DNA of 64,000 nt from an uncultured Mycoplasmatota bacterium (GCA_948467605.1 CAOKET010000003.1:9230-73229), one strand, 5' to 3'; counted from the stretch's first letter, positions 1-8,545 are shown. Translations and numbers: made by a program. The notes: generated by a model from the sequence alone, not told the origin.

Positions 1-743
1 AAAAGGCACTAGAGAAAATCTCTCTAGATGAAATTAAACCATCTACTAGAAAATATCCTTATATAAATTTTGATTTTGAAAAATACTTAGGAAAAGAGGC
101 AATTTCCATACTTGGAGTATCAAAAGTAGTTGATGGTAAAGAGGTATTAAAAAATGTACGTTTTACAATAAATCCAGGCGATAAAATTGCATTTGTTGGT
201 AACAATGAAATCGCAAAAACTACTCTTTTTAAAATTATAGCTGGGGAGTTAGAACCAGACTCTGGATTTGTAAAAGTAGGTACAACAGTAAATATGTCAT
301 ACTTTGCTAAAAACCATGATGAATATTTTACGAGTGATTTAAACTTAATTGATTGGTTAAGACAATACTCAGAAGACAAAACTGAAACATTCGTAAGAGG
401 ATTTTTAGGTAGAATGTTATTTTCTGGAGAAGAAGTATTTAAGAAGGTAAATGTACTATCAGGTGGAGAAAAGGTTAGATGTATGTTATCTAAACTTATG
501 TTACAAAAGGGTAATGTTTTAATACTTGATGAACCAACAAACCATTTAGATATGGAGTCTATTACTTCTCTTGACACAGGTATGCAAAATTTTAAGGGTG
601 TAATTTTATTTGCGACTCATGATCATCAAATGTGCGAGAATGTTGCTAATCGTATTATAGAAATAAAAGATGATGGAAAGATAATAGATAAATGGATGAG
701 TTATGATGAATACCTAGAACTAAAACAAAATGGTAATATATAG
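1..743 (+). CDS. ABC-F family ATP-binding cassette protein, C-terminal part (5' end lies outside the window)
   Basis: The frame is open from position 3 and reads as the second ABC domain: Walker A-like ...INPGDKIAFVGNNEIAKTT..., signature LSGGEKVRCMLSKL, Walker B ILILDEP. The ORF-track Met at 294 is internal. Confidence 0.8.
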   Translation, partial: KALEKISLDEIKPSTRKYPYINFDFEKYLGKEAISILGVSKVVDGKEVLKNVRFTINPGDKIAFVGNNEIAKTTLFKIIAGELEPDSGFVKVGTTVNMSYFAKNHDEYFTSDLNLIDWLRQYSEDKTETFVRGFLGRMLFSGEEVFKKVNVLSGGEKVRCMLSKLMLQKGNVLILDEPTNHLDMESITSLDTGMQNFKGVILFATHDHQMCENVANRIIEIKDDGKIIDKWMSYDEYLELKQNGNI

Positions 744-750
744 GTGAACT

Positions 751-1581
751 ATGATAAGAATTAAAGATGTATATAATTTTAATTTACATGATACAGTAAC
801 TTGTGGTCAAATATTTAGATTTAAAGAAGAAGAAGATAATAGTTATACAATAGTAATTCATGATAGAGTAATAAATATTAAACAAGAAGGTACTAATTTA
901 ATAGTAAAATCTAATAATGAAGATAATCTAGAAAACATTGTGAAAACATACTTTGATTTAGATAGAGATTATGATGAAATAAATAACGAATTAATATGTT
1001 TAAACAAAGATATAAAGGATACAATAGATAAATGTAGTGGTTTAAAAATGATAAACCAAGATTATTTTGAAACATTGATTGCATATATTATATCCGCTAA
1101 TAACAGAGTATTAATGATAACAAGATGTTTAAATAATATTGCAGAAAAATATGGTAAAAAAATTACATTTGAAGGAAAAAACTATTATTTATTTCCTAAT
1201 TCCTTAGAACTATCTACATGCACAAAAGAAGAACTTAGAAATTTGAAAACAGGTTTTAGAGATGAATATATAGTAGATGTAGTAAAAAGGGTAAATAATG
1301 GTGAATTAAACCTTGAAGATATAGCAGATATGCCTACTGATAAAGCAATGGAAACTTTAATGCAAAATAAGGGTATAGGAGAAAAAGTCGCTTCTTGTAT
1401 CCTTTTATTCGCATACTTTAAAACAGATGTATTTCCTATAGATACATGGGTTAAAAAGTATATGTTGGATAATTATAATGTAACAGGTGTTAAGAACATA
1501 AGAGAGTTCGCATCAAAAAATTATGGTAAATATTGTGGAATTGCAATACAATATATGTTTCATGCTAGAAGAAATAAATAG
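751..1581 (+). CDS. ogg: 8-oxoguanine DNA glycosylase/AP lyase (Ogg1-type, HhH-GPD)
   Basis: The N-terminus has the OGG_N-like segment ...TVTCGQIFRFKE.... The HhH-GPD region reads ...LMQNKGIGEKVASCILLFAY...FPIDTW.... Length is 276 aa, like the clostridial Ogg. Confidence 0.7.
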   Translation: MIRIKDVYNFNLHDTVTCGQIFRFKEEEDNSYTIVIHDRVINIKQEGTNLIVKSNNEDNLENIVKTYFDLDRDYDEINNELICLNKDIKDTIDKCSGLKMINQDYFETLIAYIISANNRVLMITRCLNNIAEKYGKKITFEGKNYYLFPNSLELSTCTKEELRNLKTGFRDEYIVDVVKRVNNGELNLEDIADMPTDKAMETLMQNKGIGEKVASCILLFAYFKTDVFPIDTWVKKYMLDNYNVTGVKNIREFASKNYGKYCGIAIQYMFHARRNK

Positions 1582-1589
1582 GAGAAGTT

Positions 1590-2756
1590 ATGAAGAAGTC
1601 ATTTGTAATAGTATTAGTGATATTATTGATATTTATAATTTGTATAGAAAGTACTTTATTATTAAATAATAAGCAAGATGATAAAGTTTATTCATGTGCT
1701 AATGTTATAAGTAATTTAAAAGTAGAAGATTATAAATTATCATTAATTGCAGTAGGTGATGCCCTAATTCATAGAGGAATTTATTACGATGCTGCTACTA
1801 ATCAAACAGATGATTCTGGTTATACAAAATATGATTTTACAGATATGTTTTCATATATAAGAGATATTATAAAGCCATACGATTTAAAATTTTATAACCA
1901 AGAAACTATAATAGGTGGTAAAAATTTAGGATTATCTAATTACCCATTATTTAATTCACCAGATGAGATAGGATTAAATCTTATAGATGCTGGATTTAAT
2001 TTAGTTAATTTAGCAACTAATCATTCAATTGATAAAGGAAAAGAAGGAGCAACTTATTCTGCTAACTTCTGGCAGAGTAAGAATGAAATATATGCAGTTG
2101 GAAGTTATAGATCATTTGATGAGAGAAATAAGGTAAGAATTGAAGAAAAAAATGGTATTAAATATTCACTTCTTGGTTATACGACTCATACAAATGGTTT
2201 AAAGGTACCTAGTGGGTATGAATATTTAGTTAATGTATATAATCCTGATCAAGTAAAAAAAGATATAGAAGACGTAAGGAGTAAAGTAGATGTATTAATT
2301 GTATCTATGCACTGGGGAGAAGAATATACTAACACTCCTACAAATGAACAAAGACAAATCGCAGAGTACTTATCAAATCTTGGTGTAGATATAATTATTG
2401 GTCATCATCCTCATGTAGTTGAATCAATTGAATATGTAAATAATACTTTAGTAATATATTCATTAGGTAATTTTATATCAGCACAAGATGGTATAAATAA
2501 AAGAACTGGTTTAATTGCTGCTTTAACTATAAATAAACATGTTGTTGAGGGTAAATCTACTATTAGTATAACTGATGTAAAAGGTGATTTGATTTGGACT
2601 CACCAAGTAGGATATAAAAACTTCAAAGTAATACCATATGCATATTTAACAGATGATAACTTAAAAAATCACGATAGTATATATGAGCAATATAAAAAAT
2701 ATATAAATCCAAAAAATGATAGTAGAATACAAGTAGGTTTTATAACTAAGGAGTAA
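1590..2756 (+). CDS. CapA/PgsA-family metallophosphatase (poly-gamma-glutamate capsule synthesis-like), with an N-terminal TM anchor
   Basis: Motifs IAVGDALIHRG, ...SMHWGEEYT..., ...IIGHHPHVVE... mark the CapA family. A hydrophobic N-terminus is present. Confidence 0.75.
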   Translation: MKKSFVIVLVILLIFIICIESTLLLNNKQDDKVYSCANVISNLKVEDYKLSLIAVGDALIHRGIYYDAATNQTDDSGYTKYDFTDMFSYIRDIIKPYDLKFYNQETIIGGKNLGLSNYPLFNSPDEIGLNLIDAGFNLVNLATNHSIDKGKEGATYSANFWQSKNEIYAVGSYRSFDERNKVRIEEKNGIKYSLLGYTTHTNGLKVPSGYEYLVNVYNPDQVKKDIEDVRSKVDVLIVSMHWGEEYTNTPTNEQRQIAEYLSNLGVDIIIGHHPHVVESIEYVNNTLVIYSLGNFISAQDGINKRTGLIAALTINKHVVEGKSTISITDVKGDLIWTHQVGYKNFKVIPYAYLTDDNLKNHDSIYEQYKKYINPKNDSRIQVGFITKE

Positions 2757-2759
2757 TTT

Positions 2760-3995
2760 ATGGAATATATAGTTGACATATTAAGAGAAAATGATGAAGG
2801 ATTAGGAATTGCTAAAATAGATAATATTACAGTATTTGTAAGTGATGCGATTAAGGGTGAAAGAGTAAAAATAGAAGTTATAGATAAGAAAAAAAATTAC
2901 TTACTAGCAAAACAAAAAGAAATATTAAAAAAATCCTCTGATAGAGTAGATACTCCATGTAAGTATTACTCTATATGTGGTGGATGCGATATAATGCATA
3001 TGAGTCATGATAAACAACTTGATTTTAAATTAAATAGAGTTAGACACATATTTAAAAAATTATATGATAAGGAAGTAAACATAGAAAAAATAGAATCGTT
3101 AAATAGTTTTAATTATAGAAATAAAGTAGTACTTAGAGTAGATAATGATATATTAGGATTTTATAAGCATGGAACAAATGAATTATTTGATTGTAATAAG
3201 TGTATTGTATCTAGTGATAATATAAATAAAACAATAGAAATATTACATAATTTTATAAATAATAATAAAAATCATAATATAAAAGAAGTAATGATAAGAC
3301 AAAACAATGACACTATTGGTAAAGTAATGGTATGTATAGATGATATTAACAAATGTTGGCAAGAAAAATTTATAAAAGAATTATCTAGTTATAAATTTAT
3401 TGAAAGCATTTATATAAATGAAAAATTAGTATATGGAAAAAATAATCTTTTAATAAATATGTTTGACTTGACATTTGAAGTGTCACCTAAATCCTTTTTT
3501 CAAATTAATGAATTGATGACTAAATGCTTATATAGTTATGTACTTGATAATATTGACAATGGTAGTAATGCCCTTGATTTATATTGTGGAACGGGTACTA
3601 TTACATCTATAATATCTAAAAAGTGCAATAAAGTAATAGGAATAGAAGTAATTAAAGATGCAATTTATAATGCTAATAAAAATATATTAAGAAATAATAT
3701 AAAAACAGTAGGATTTATGTGTGGTAAAGTAGAAGATTTAATTGATGATATAAATATTAAAAAACTAGATGTAATAGTAATGGATCCTCCTAGAAGTGGT
3801 AGTGATAAAAAAACATTAAATACTATTTGTAATATACTTCCTAAAAAGATAATTTATATTTCTTGTAATCCAGTTACCTTAGTAAGAGATTTAAAACAAT
3901 TAGATGATTATTATGATATTAAAAATATAAGATTGTTTGATATGTTTCCACAAACTCATCACGTTGAATGTGTATGCGTGTTAAATAAAAGGTAA
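2760..3995 (+). CDS. rlmD: 23S rRNA (uracil-C5)-methyltransferase RlmD/RumA with a TRAM domain and an Fe-S Cys cluster
   Basis: N-terminal TRAM-like domain, then CGGCDIMHM Cys cluster, SAM motif LDLYCGTGTI, and catalytic DPPRSG...FPQTHHVECV at the C-terminus. Confidence 0.85.
   Translation: MEYIVDILRENDEGLGIAKIDNITVFVSDAIKGERVKIEVIDKKKNYLLAKQKEILKKSSDRVDTPCKYYSICGGCDIMHMSHDKQLDFKLNRVRHIFKKLYDKEVNIEKIESLNSFNYRNKVVLRVDNDILGFYKHGTNELFDCNKCIVSSDNINKTIEILHNFINNNKNHNIKEVMIRQNNDTIGKVMVCIDDINKCWQEKFIKELSSYKFIESIYINEKLVYGKNNLLINMFDLTFEVSPKSFFQINELMTKCLYSYVLDNIDNGSNALDLYCGTGTITSIISKKCNKVIGIEVIKDAIYNANKNILRNNIKTVGFMCGKVEDLIDDINIKKLDVIVMDPPRSGSDKKTLNTICNILPKKIIYISCNPVTLVRDLKQLDDYYDIKNIRLFDMFPQTHHVECVCVLNKR
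3960..3992 (+). repeat. Direct repeat, copy 1 (actual 3' end of rlmD): tcatcacgttgaatgtgtatgcgtgttaaat
   Basis: It repeats at 5190-5222 with few mismatches. Copy 2 is in frame as H-V-E-Y-V-C-V-L-N-V-stop, i.e. a displaced rlmD C-terminus. Confidence 0.7.
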
Positions 3996-4139
3996 AACCT
4001 TATAGATAAAGGAAAAGCGGGCTATTCAGTTGAGAACAAAAAATGGTAAAAAACGAGTAAATTATTGATATTTTTCCTGATTTTTGAAAAAAATATTGTG
4101 GAGGTTGTCTGTGGAGAATATGTTCCCTAAAACCACTAT

Positions 4140-4170
4140 AACTGGTATGAGTGTATAATTAAAATTATAA
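4140..4170 (+). promoter_or_regulatory. Candidate sigma-A promoter with extended -10 (tgtgtataat) in front of the first ORF6N gene
   Basis: gagTGtgTATAATt sits about 25 nt upstream of the RBS GGAGG and the ATG at 4187. Confidence 0.4.
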
Positions 4171-4186
4171 ATGGAGGTTTTAGGTT

Positions 4187-5062
4187 ATGAATGAATTATT
4201 AGTAAAAGAAAATATAAAAATTGAAGATATGATTTTTGAAATAAGAGGAAAGCAAGTTATTTTCTCATCAGATGTTGCAAAGTTATATAAAACAGAAACA
4301 AGAATTATAAATCAAACGATTAAAAGAAATATTATGAGATTTCCTGAAACATTTTGTTTTCAACTAACTATGGAAGAGGTAATAAACTTGAGATCACAAT
4401 CTGTGACCTCAAGTTTAAGGAATGAAATAGTACATGGTGGAATAAGATATTTACCGTATGTTTTAACTGAACAAGGAATAATGATGTTATCTGGGCTTCT
4501 TAAAAGTGATGTTGCTGCCAAAGTAAATGTTCAAATTATTGACGCTTTTGTTGCTATGAGAAAATTTATTTCAAGTACAATGGTAAATCAAAGTTTTATA
4601 AATAATTTAGTTTATAAGCATGATGAAGAAATCAAGTTACTAAAAGATTCTTTTGATAAATTACAAGAAAAGGAAAAAAACAATGCAATATTCTTTGATG
4701 GACAAATTTATGATGCTTATTCATTACTATTAGATATTTTAAATAGTGCAACAAAAGAAATAATTATTATTGATAATTATGCTGGTAAAGAATTATTAGA
4801 TATTTTAAAAGAAATAAATGTTAATATAATAATTTATTCTGTAAATATGAATGAAACATTAATCAAAAAATATAAAAGCCAATACAATAATGTTGAATTA
4901 GTATTTAATAATAGATTTCATGATAGATTTATTATTATAGACAACAAATATATATATCACTGTGGTAGTAGTTTTAAAGATTTAGGAAAGAAGTGTTTTG
5001 CCATTAATAAAATAGAAAGCAACAAAATTTTAAATGGTGTTTTAGATGAAATTAGAAAGTAG
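4187..5062 (+). CDS. ORF6N (KilA-N-related) DNA-binding domain protein fused to a conserved C-terminal domain of unknown function (paralog 1)
   Basis: The N-terminus reads FEIRGKQV...SDVAKLY...NQTIKRNIMRFPETFCFQLTMEE...LPYVLTEQGIMMLSG, the ORF6N signature as I recall it. The C-terminal half carries IIIIDNYAGKELLD...FHDRFIIID...GSSFKDLGKKCFAIN, shared by all three paralogs. Confidence 0.75.
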   Translation: MNELLVKENIKIEDMIFEIRGKQVIFSSDVAKLYKTETRIINQTIKRNIMRFPETFCFQLTMEEVINLRSQSVTSSLRNEIVHGGIRYLPYVLTEQGIMMLSGLLKSDVAAKVNVQIIDAFVAMRKFISSTMVNQSFINNLVYKHDEEIKLLKDSFDKLQEKEKNNAIFFDGQIYDAYSLLLDILNSATKEIIIIDNYAGKELLDILKEINVNIIIYSVNMNETLIKKYKSQYNNVELVFNNRFHDRFIIIDNKYIYHCGSSFKDLGKKCFAINKIESNKILNGVLDEIRK

Positions 5063-5189
5063 TATATACTATAATTAATAACTACTATATATTCATAATA
5101 AACATTATATTTATATTGTTTGTGTATTACGACATAGTCAGTTGTAAACAAACATATAAAAGTCAACTATTAATAATACACAAACTTAT

Positions 5190-5222
5190 CATGTGGAATA
5201 TGTATGCGTGTTAAATGTGTGA
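5190..5222 (+). repeat. Direct repeat, copy 2: displaced remnant of the rlmD 3' end (candidate att scar)
   Basis: catgtggaatatgtatgcgtgttaaatgtgtga matches 3960-3992. Confidence 0.7.
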
Positions 5223-5278
5223 TAAAACTTTATATGATAGGAACAGAGAAACTGTTGTATAATATAGATTAATATTTA

Positions 5279-5731
5279 ATGGAGGATAATATGGAAGATT
5301 TAAAAATAAGTATTGAAAAAGAAAATAATGATTTTTTTAGAAAATGGATTATAGAAGAATGGAAACACCATAATACAGTTGATTCGATATATCAACTAAA
5401 AATAATAAAACCAGAAGACTTAACTTTTCAAAAAAATGAAGAATATTATAAAATTATATGCAATGATGAAATGGTTGGATTTTTTGGAATAAAAAATTAT
5501 GAAAAAGAACTATATCTATATAGATTTTTTATTGATGAAAAATATCGAAATAAAGGAATTGGAACAATAGTATTAGGAAAGATTATTGATATAGCAAAAG
5601 AACAAAATAAGGATATGACATTAGAAGTAATTGGAGAGAATATTGCAAGGGATTTGTATGAAAGATTAGGATTTAAAACTCATTATAGAAAGATGGTATT
5701 AAAAATCAATGACAATATATATGAAAATTAG
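5279..5731 (+). CDS. GNAT family N-acetyltransferase
   Basis: Motif A reads ...DEKYRNKGIGTIVLGKIIDIAKE..., followed by ...YERLGFK.... Length is 150 aa. Confidence 0.75.
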   Translation: MEDNMEDLKISIEKENNDFFRKWIIEEWKHHNTVDSIYQLKIIKPEDLTFQKNEEYYKIICNDEMVGFFGIKNYEKELYLYRFFIDEKYRNKGIGTIVLGKIIDIAKEQNKDMTLEVIGENIARDLYERLGFKTHYRKMVLKINDNIYEN

Positions 5732-5775
5732 TAAAAATATGTATGATATAGCCAGTTTGATTGTAATATAAAATA

Positions 5776-6294
5776 ATGAATATGAGGAGAAAGTTTATGA
5801 ATATTAGAAGGAAAAAAATAACAGACTGTGAGGTATGGGTTGACATTAATATTAAAAGTTGGAATGATAATTTAAAAGGAATTGTATCTGATAGAGTATT
5901 AAAAATAATTTCAGATAATAGAGATTCTAGGATTGAAAGAGATATTAACAATTTTAAAATAGATGATTGGAATTATGTTTTAGAAGAAAATGATAATGTT
6001 GTTGGGATACTAAAAATAAAACAATCAGACAGAAAAGATTATGAAAATTGTGCTGAAGTGCAAGTTTTATATTTATATACTAATCAAAAAGGAAAGGGAT
6101 ATGGTAAGTGCTTGATTAATAAAGCGTTTGAAGTCTTAAAAGATAAAGGATATAAAAAGGTTGTTATTGGTTGTCTTGAAGGTAATCCTTCTAATGAGTT
6201 CTATAAACATATTGGAGGCAAATTTATAAGGCAAGAACCTTGGGATATTTTTGGCGAGCATTATGTAGAGAATATATATGAATACAATATATAA
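5776..6294 (+). CDS. GNAT family N-acetyltransferase (the start could be the downstream Met at 5797)
   Basis: ...YTNQKGKGYGKCLINKAFEVLKDKGYKKVVIGCLEGNPSNEFYKHIGG... is a typical GNAT motif A/B. Confidence 0.65.
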   Translation: MNMRRKFMNIRRKKITDCEVWVDINIKSWNDNLKGIVSDRVLKIISDNRDSRIERDINNFKIDDWNYVLEENDNVVGILKIKQSDRKDYENCAEVQVLYLYTNQKGKGYGKCLINKAFEVLKDKGYKKVVIGCLEGNPSNEFYKHIGGKFIRQEPWDIFGEHYVENIYEYNI

Positions 6295-6375
6295 TAGTTA
6301 TAATTTATAAAAAGTATTTATAAGAAAAAAACATATGTTAAGATATATATGAGATAAATATATAATAAGAATTTA

Positions 6376-6560
6376 AAACTAATTGAAATAGAATCTCCTA
6401 TTTGATAAAATAAAGAAGTATTAATTAACTTGCCATGTATTGATACTTTTACAATTTAGACGATAATTTATATTTTTAGGCAAGGAAAATATATCTATTC
6501 GGGATATACCTATATATTAAGGGTATATCTTTTTTTATTTAGTGGAGGGATGATAATAAT
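6376..6560 (+). repeat. ~185 bp leader repeat, copy A (upstream of ORF6N paralog 2), containing a hairpin plus T-run
   Basis: By eye about 90-95% identical to 7461-7633. It contains GATATACC-N11-GGTATATC followed by TTTTTTT, about 20 nt before the RBS. Confidence 0.75.
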
Positions 6561-7454
6561 ATGAATGAAATTGTTGTAAATGAAAAAGAAAATATTAGTA
6601 ATAAGATTTATGAAATAAGGGGAATTCATGTAATATTAGATAGTGATTTAGCAATTCTTTATAAGTGCAATAACGGAACAAAAGATATAAATAAGGCGGT
6701 AAAAAGAAATATTAATAGATTTCCTGATGATTTTTATTTTGAATTGACTAAAGAAGAAGTAAAAATGTTAACTTCAAGGTTCCATTTTGGAACCATGAAC
6801 AAATCAAATAATTTACGTGGATATAATTTAAAATATTTACCCCATGCATTTACAGAGCAAGGAGTTGCTATGCTTGCATCAGTATTACATACAAGTATAG
6901 CAGAAGAAGTAAGTATAAATATAATGAGAACATTTGTAGCAATGAGAAAATATATATCAAATGATTTATATAAAAACAATAATATACTAATAAATCATGA
7001 GAATAGATTATTAAAATTAGAGGAAACATTTGATAAGATGCAAGTAAATAAAAAAATAAGTACAATATTTTACAATGGTCAAATATATGATGCCTATTCG
7101 ATATTAATGAGCATATTAAATAGTGCAAAAGAGGAAATTATTATAATAGATAATTATGCGGGAAAAGAACTTTTAGATGTATTAAAGAATATTGATAAAA
7201 AGATATTAATAATATCAAAAAATATAGATGATATATTAATAAAAAAGTATAAAGAACAATATAGCAATGTAGAATTTAAAAAACTTGATATTTTTCATGA
7301 TAGGTTTATAATAATAGATAGAAAAGTGTTATATAATTTTGGTACATCTTTAAAAGATTTAGGTAAAAAGTGTTTTGCGATAAATGAAATGGAGTCTTGT
7401 GAAATATTAGATGTTTTATTGAAAAAAATATTAGATAGAGATGGCCGCTTTTAA
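6561..7454 (+). CDS. ORF6N domain fusion protein (paralog 2)
   Basis: The N-terminus reads ...YEIRGIHVILDSDLAILYK...NKAVKRNINRFPDDFYFELTKEE...LPHAFTEQGVAMLAS.... The 3' ~455 bp (6941-7394) is nearly identical to 8017-8468. Confidence 0.75.
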   Translation: MNEIVVNEKENISNKIYEIRGIHVILDSDLAILYKCNNGTKDINKAVKRNINRFPDDFYFELTKEEVKMLTSRFHFGTMNKSNNLRGYNLKYLPHAFTEQGVAMLASVLHTSIAEEVSINIMRTFVAMRKYISNDLYKNNNILINHENRLLKLEETFDKMQVNKKISTIFYNGQIYDAYSILMSILNSAKEEIIIIDNYAGKELLDVLKNIDKKILIISKNIDDILIKKYKEQYSNVEFKKLDIFHDRFIIIDRKVLYNFGTSLKDLGKKCFAINEMESCEILDVLLKKILDRDGRF

Positions 7455-7460
7455 CAAAAA

Positions 7461-7633
7461 AAACTAATTGAAATAGAATCTCTTTTTTGATAAAATAAAG
7501 AAGTATTAATTAACTTGCCATGTGTTGATACTTTTACAATTTAGACGATAATTTATATTTTTAGGCAGGAAAAATATATCTATTCGGGGTATACCTATAT
7601 ATTAAAGGTATATCTTTTTTTATTTAAGGAAGG
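7461..7633 (+). repeat. Leader repeat, copy B (upstream of ORF6N paralog 3)
   Basis: Near-identical to 6376-6560, with the same hairpin (GGTATACC...GGTATATC) and T-run. Confidence 0.75.
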
Positions 7634-7642
7634 ATGATGAAA

Positions 7643-8515
7643 ATGAATGCAATTATTATAGATGAAAAAGAAAATATTAGTAGTAGAATTTATCAAATAA
7701 GAGGAGTACAAGTGATGTTATCTTCTGATATTGCTAAGTTATACGAAGTTGAAACAAAAGTATTAAATCAAACAATAAAAAGAAATATTAATAGATTTCC
7801 TGAAACATTTTGTTTTCAGTTAACAAAAGAAGAGATAATCAATCTATCTTTAAGGTCACAATTTGTGACCTTAAACAGTAAAGATAATATGAAAGGCCAA
7901 CATTATAAATATTTACCTTATGTTTTAACTGAACAGGGTATAATGATGTTATCTGGATTATTAAAAAGTGAAATTGCAGCTAAAGTTAATATTCAAATTA
8001 TTGAAGCATTTGTAACAATGAGAAAATATATATCAAATGATTTATATAAAAATAATAATATACTAATAAATCATGAGAATAGATTATTAAAACTAGAGGA
8101 AACATTTGATAAGATGCAAGTAAATAAAAAAATAAGTACAATATTCTATAATGGTCAAATATATGATGCATATTCAATATTAATAAGTATCTTAAATAAT
8201 GCAAAAAAAGAAATAATTATAATAGACAACTATGCGGGAAAAGAACTTTTAGATGTATTAAAGAATATTGATAAAAAGATATTAATAATATCAAAAAATA
8301 TAGATGATATATTAATAAAAAAGTATAAAGAACAATATAGCAATGTAGAATTTAAAAAACTTGATATTTTTCATGATAGGTTTATAATAATAGATAGAAA
8401 AGTGTTATATAATTTTGGTACATCTTTAAAAGATTTAGGTAAAAAGTGTTTTGCAATAAATGAAATGGAATGTGATAGTATATTAATCAGCATATTAGAA
8501 AAATTAGATGATTAG
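7643..8515 (+). CDS. ORF6N domain fusion protein (paralog 3; the ORF track starts at 7634, but the ATG at 7643 has proper RBS spacing)
   Basis: The N-terminal module resembles paralog 1 (...RFPETFCFQLTKEE...LPYVLTEQGIMMLSGLLKS...). The C-terminal half is nearly identical to paralog 2 at the DNA level, so the gene is mosaic. Confidence 0.75.
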   Translation: MNAIIIDEKENISSRIYQIRGVQVMLSSDIAKLYEVETKVLNQTIKRNINRFPETFCFQLTKEEIINLSLRSQFVTLNSKDNMKGQHYKYLPYVLTEQGIMMLSGLLKSEIAAKVNIQIIEAFVTMRKYISNDLYKNNNILINHENRLLKLEETFDKMQVNKKISTIFYNGQIYDAYSILISILNNAKKEIIIIDNYAGKELLDVLKNIDKKILIISKNIDDILIKKYKEQYSNVEFKKLDIFHDRFIIIDRKVLYNFGTSLKDLGKKCFAINEMECDSILISILEKLDD

Positions 8516-8545
8516 GTTATAAAAAACTTGTAAGGTGGATTTGTT

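Noticed and set aside
59-577. 172-aa minus-strand ORF antisense to the ABC-F gene
   Set aside because: It lies entirely inside a well-supported + strand CDS, with no RBS. Antisense ORFs like this are frequent in AT-rich DNA. The same reasoning applies to the minus-strand ORFs at 4957-5166, 5706-5951, 6734-6979, 6868-7128, 7998-8204, 8512-8991, 9376-9582, 12430-12684, 16360-16623, 16948-17271, 17302-17529, 20025-20288, 23402-23635, 27118-27345, 27532-27798, 31250-31474, 33895-34092, 38467-38688, 40137-40571, 42578-42778, 45720-45905, 46201-46428, 49762-49956, 50654-50962, 52067-52339, 54699-55073, 59130-59336, 59823-60092, 60457-60642, 61534-62127, 62958-63203 and 63298-63516. It also applies to the + strand ORFs at 19008-19199, 24644-24955 and 39315-39566.
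5279-6294. GNAT pair as a GNAT-RHH type II toxin-antitoxin
   Set aside because: No small upstream or overlapping partner ORF with RHH or Xre features. The intergenic gaps are too short. They were left as ordinary acetyltransferase cargo.
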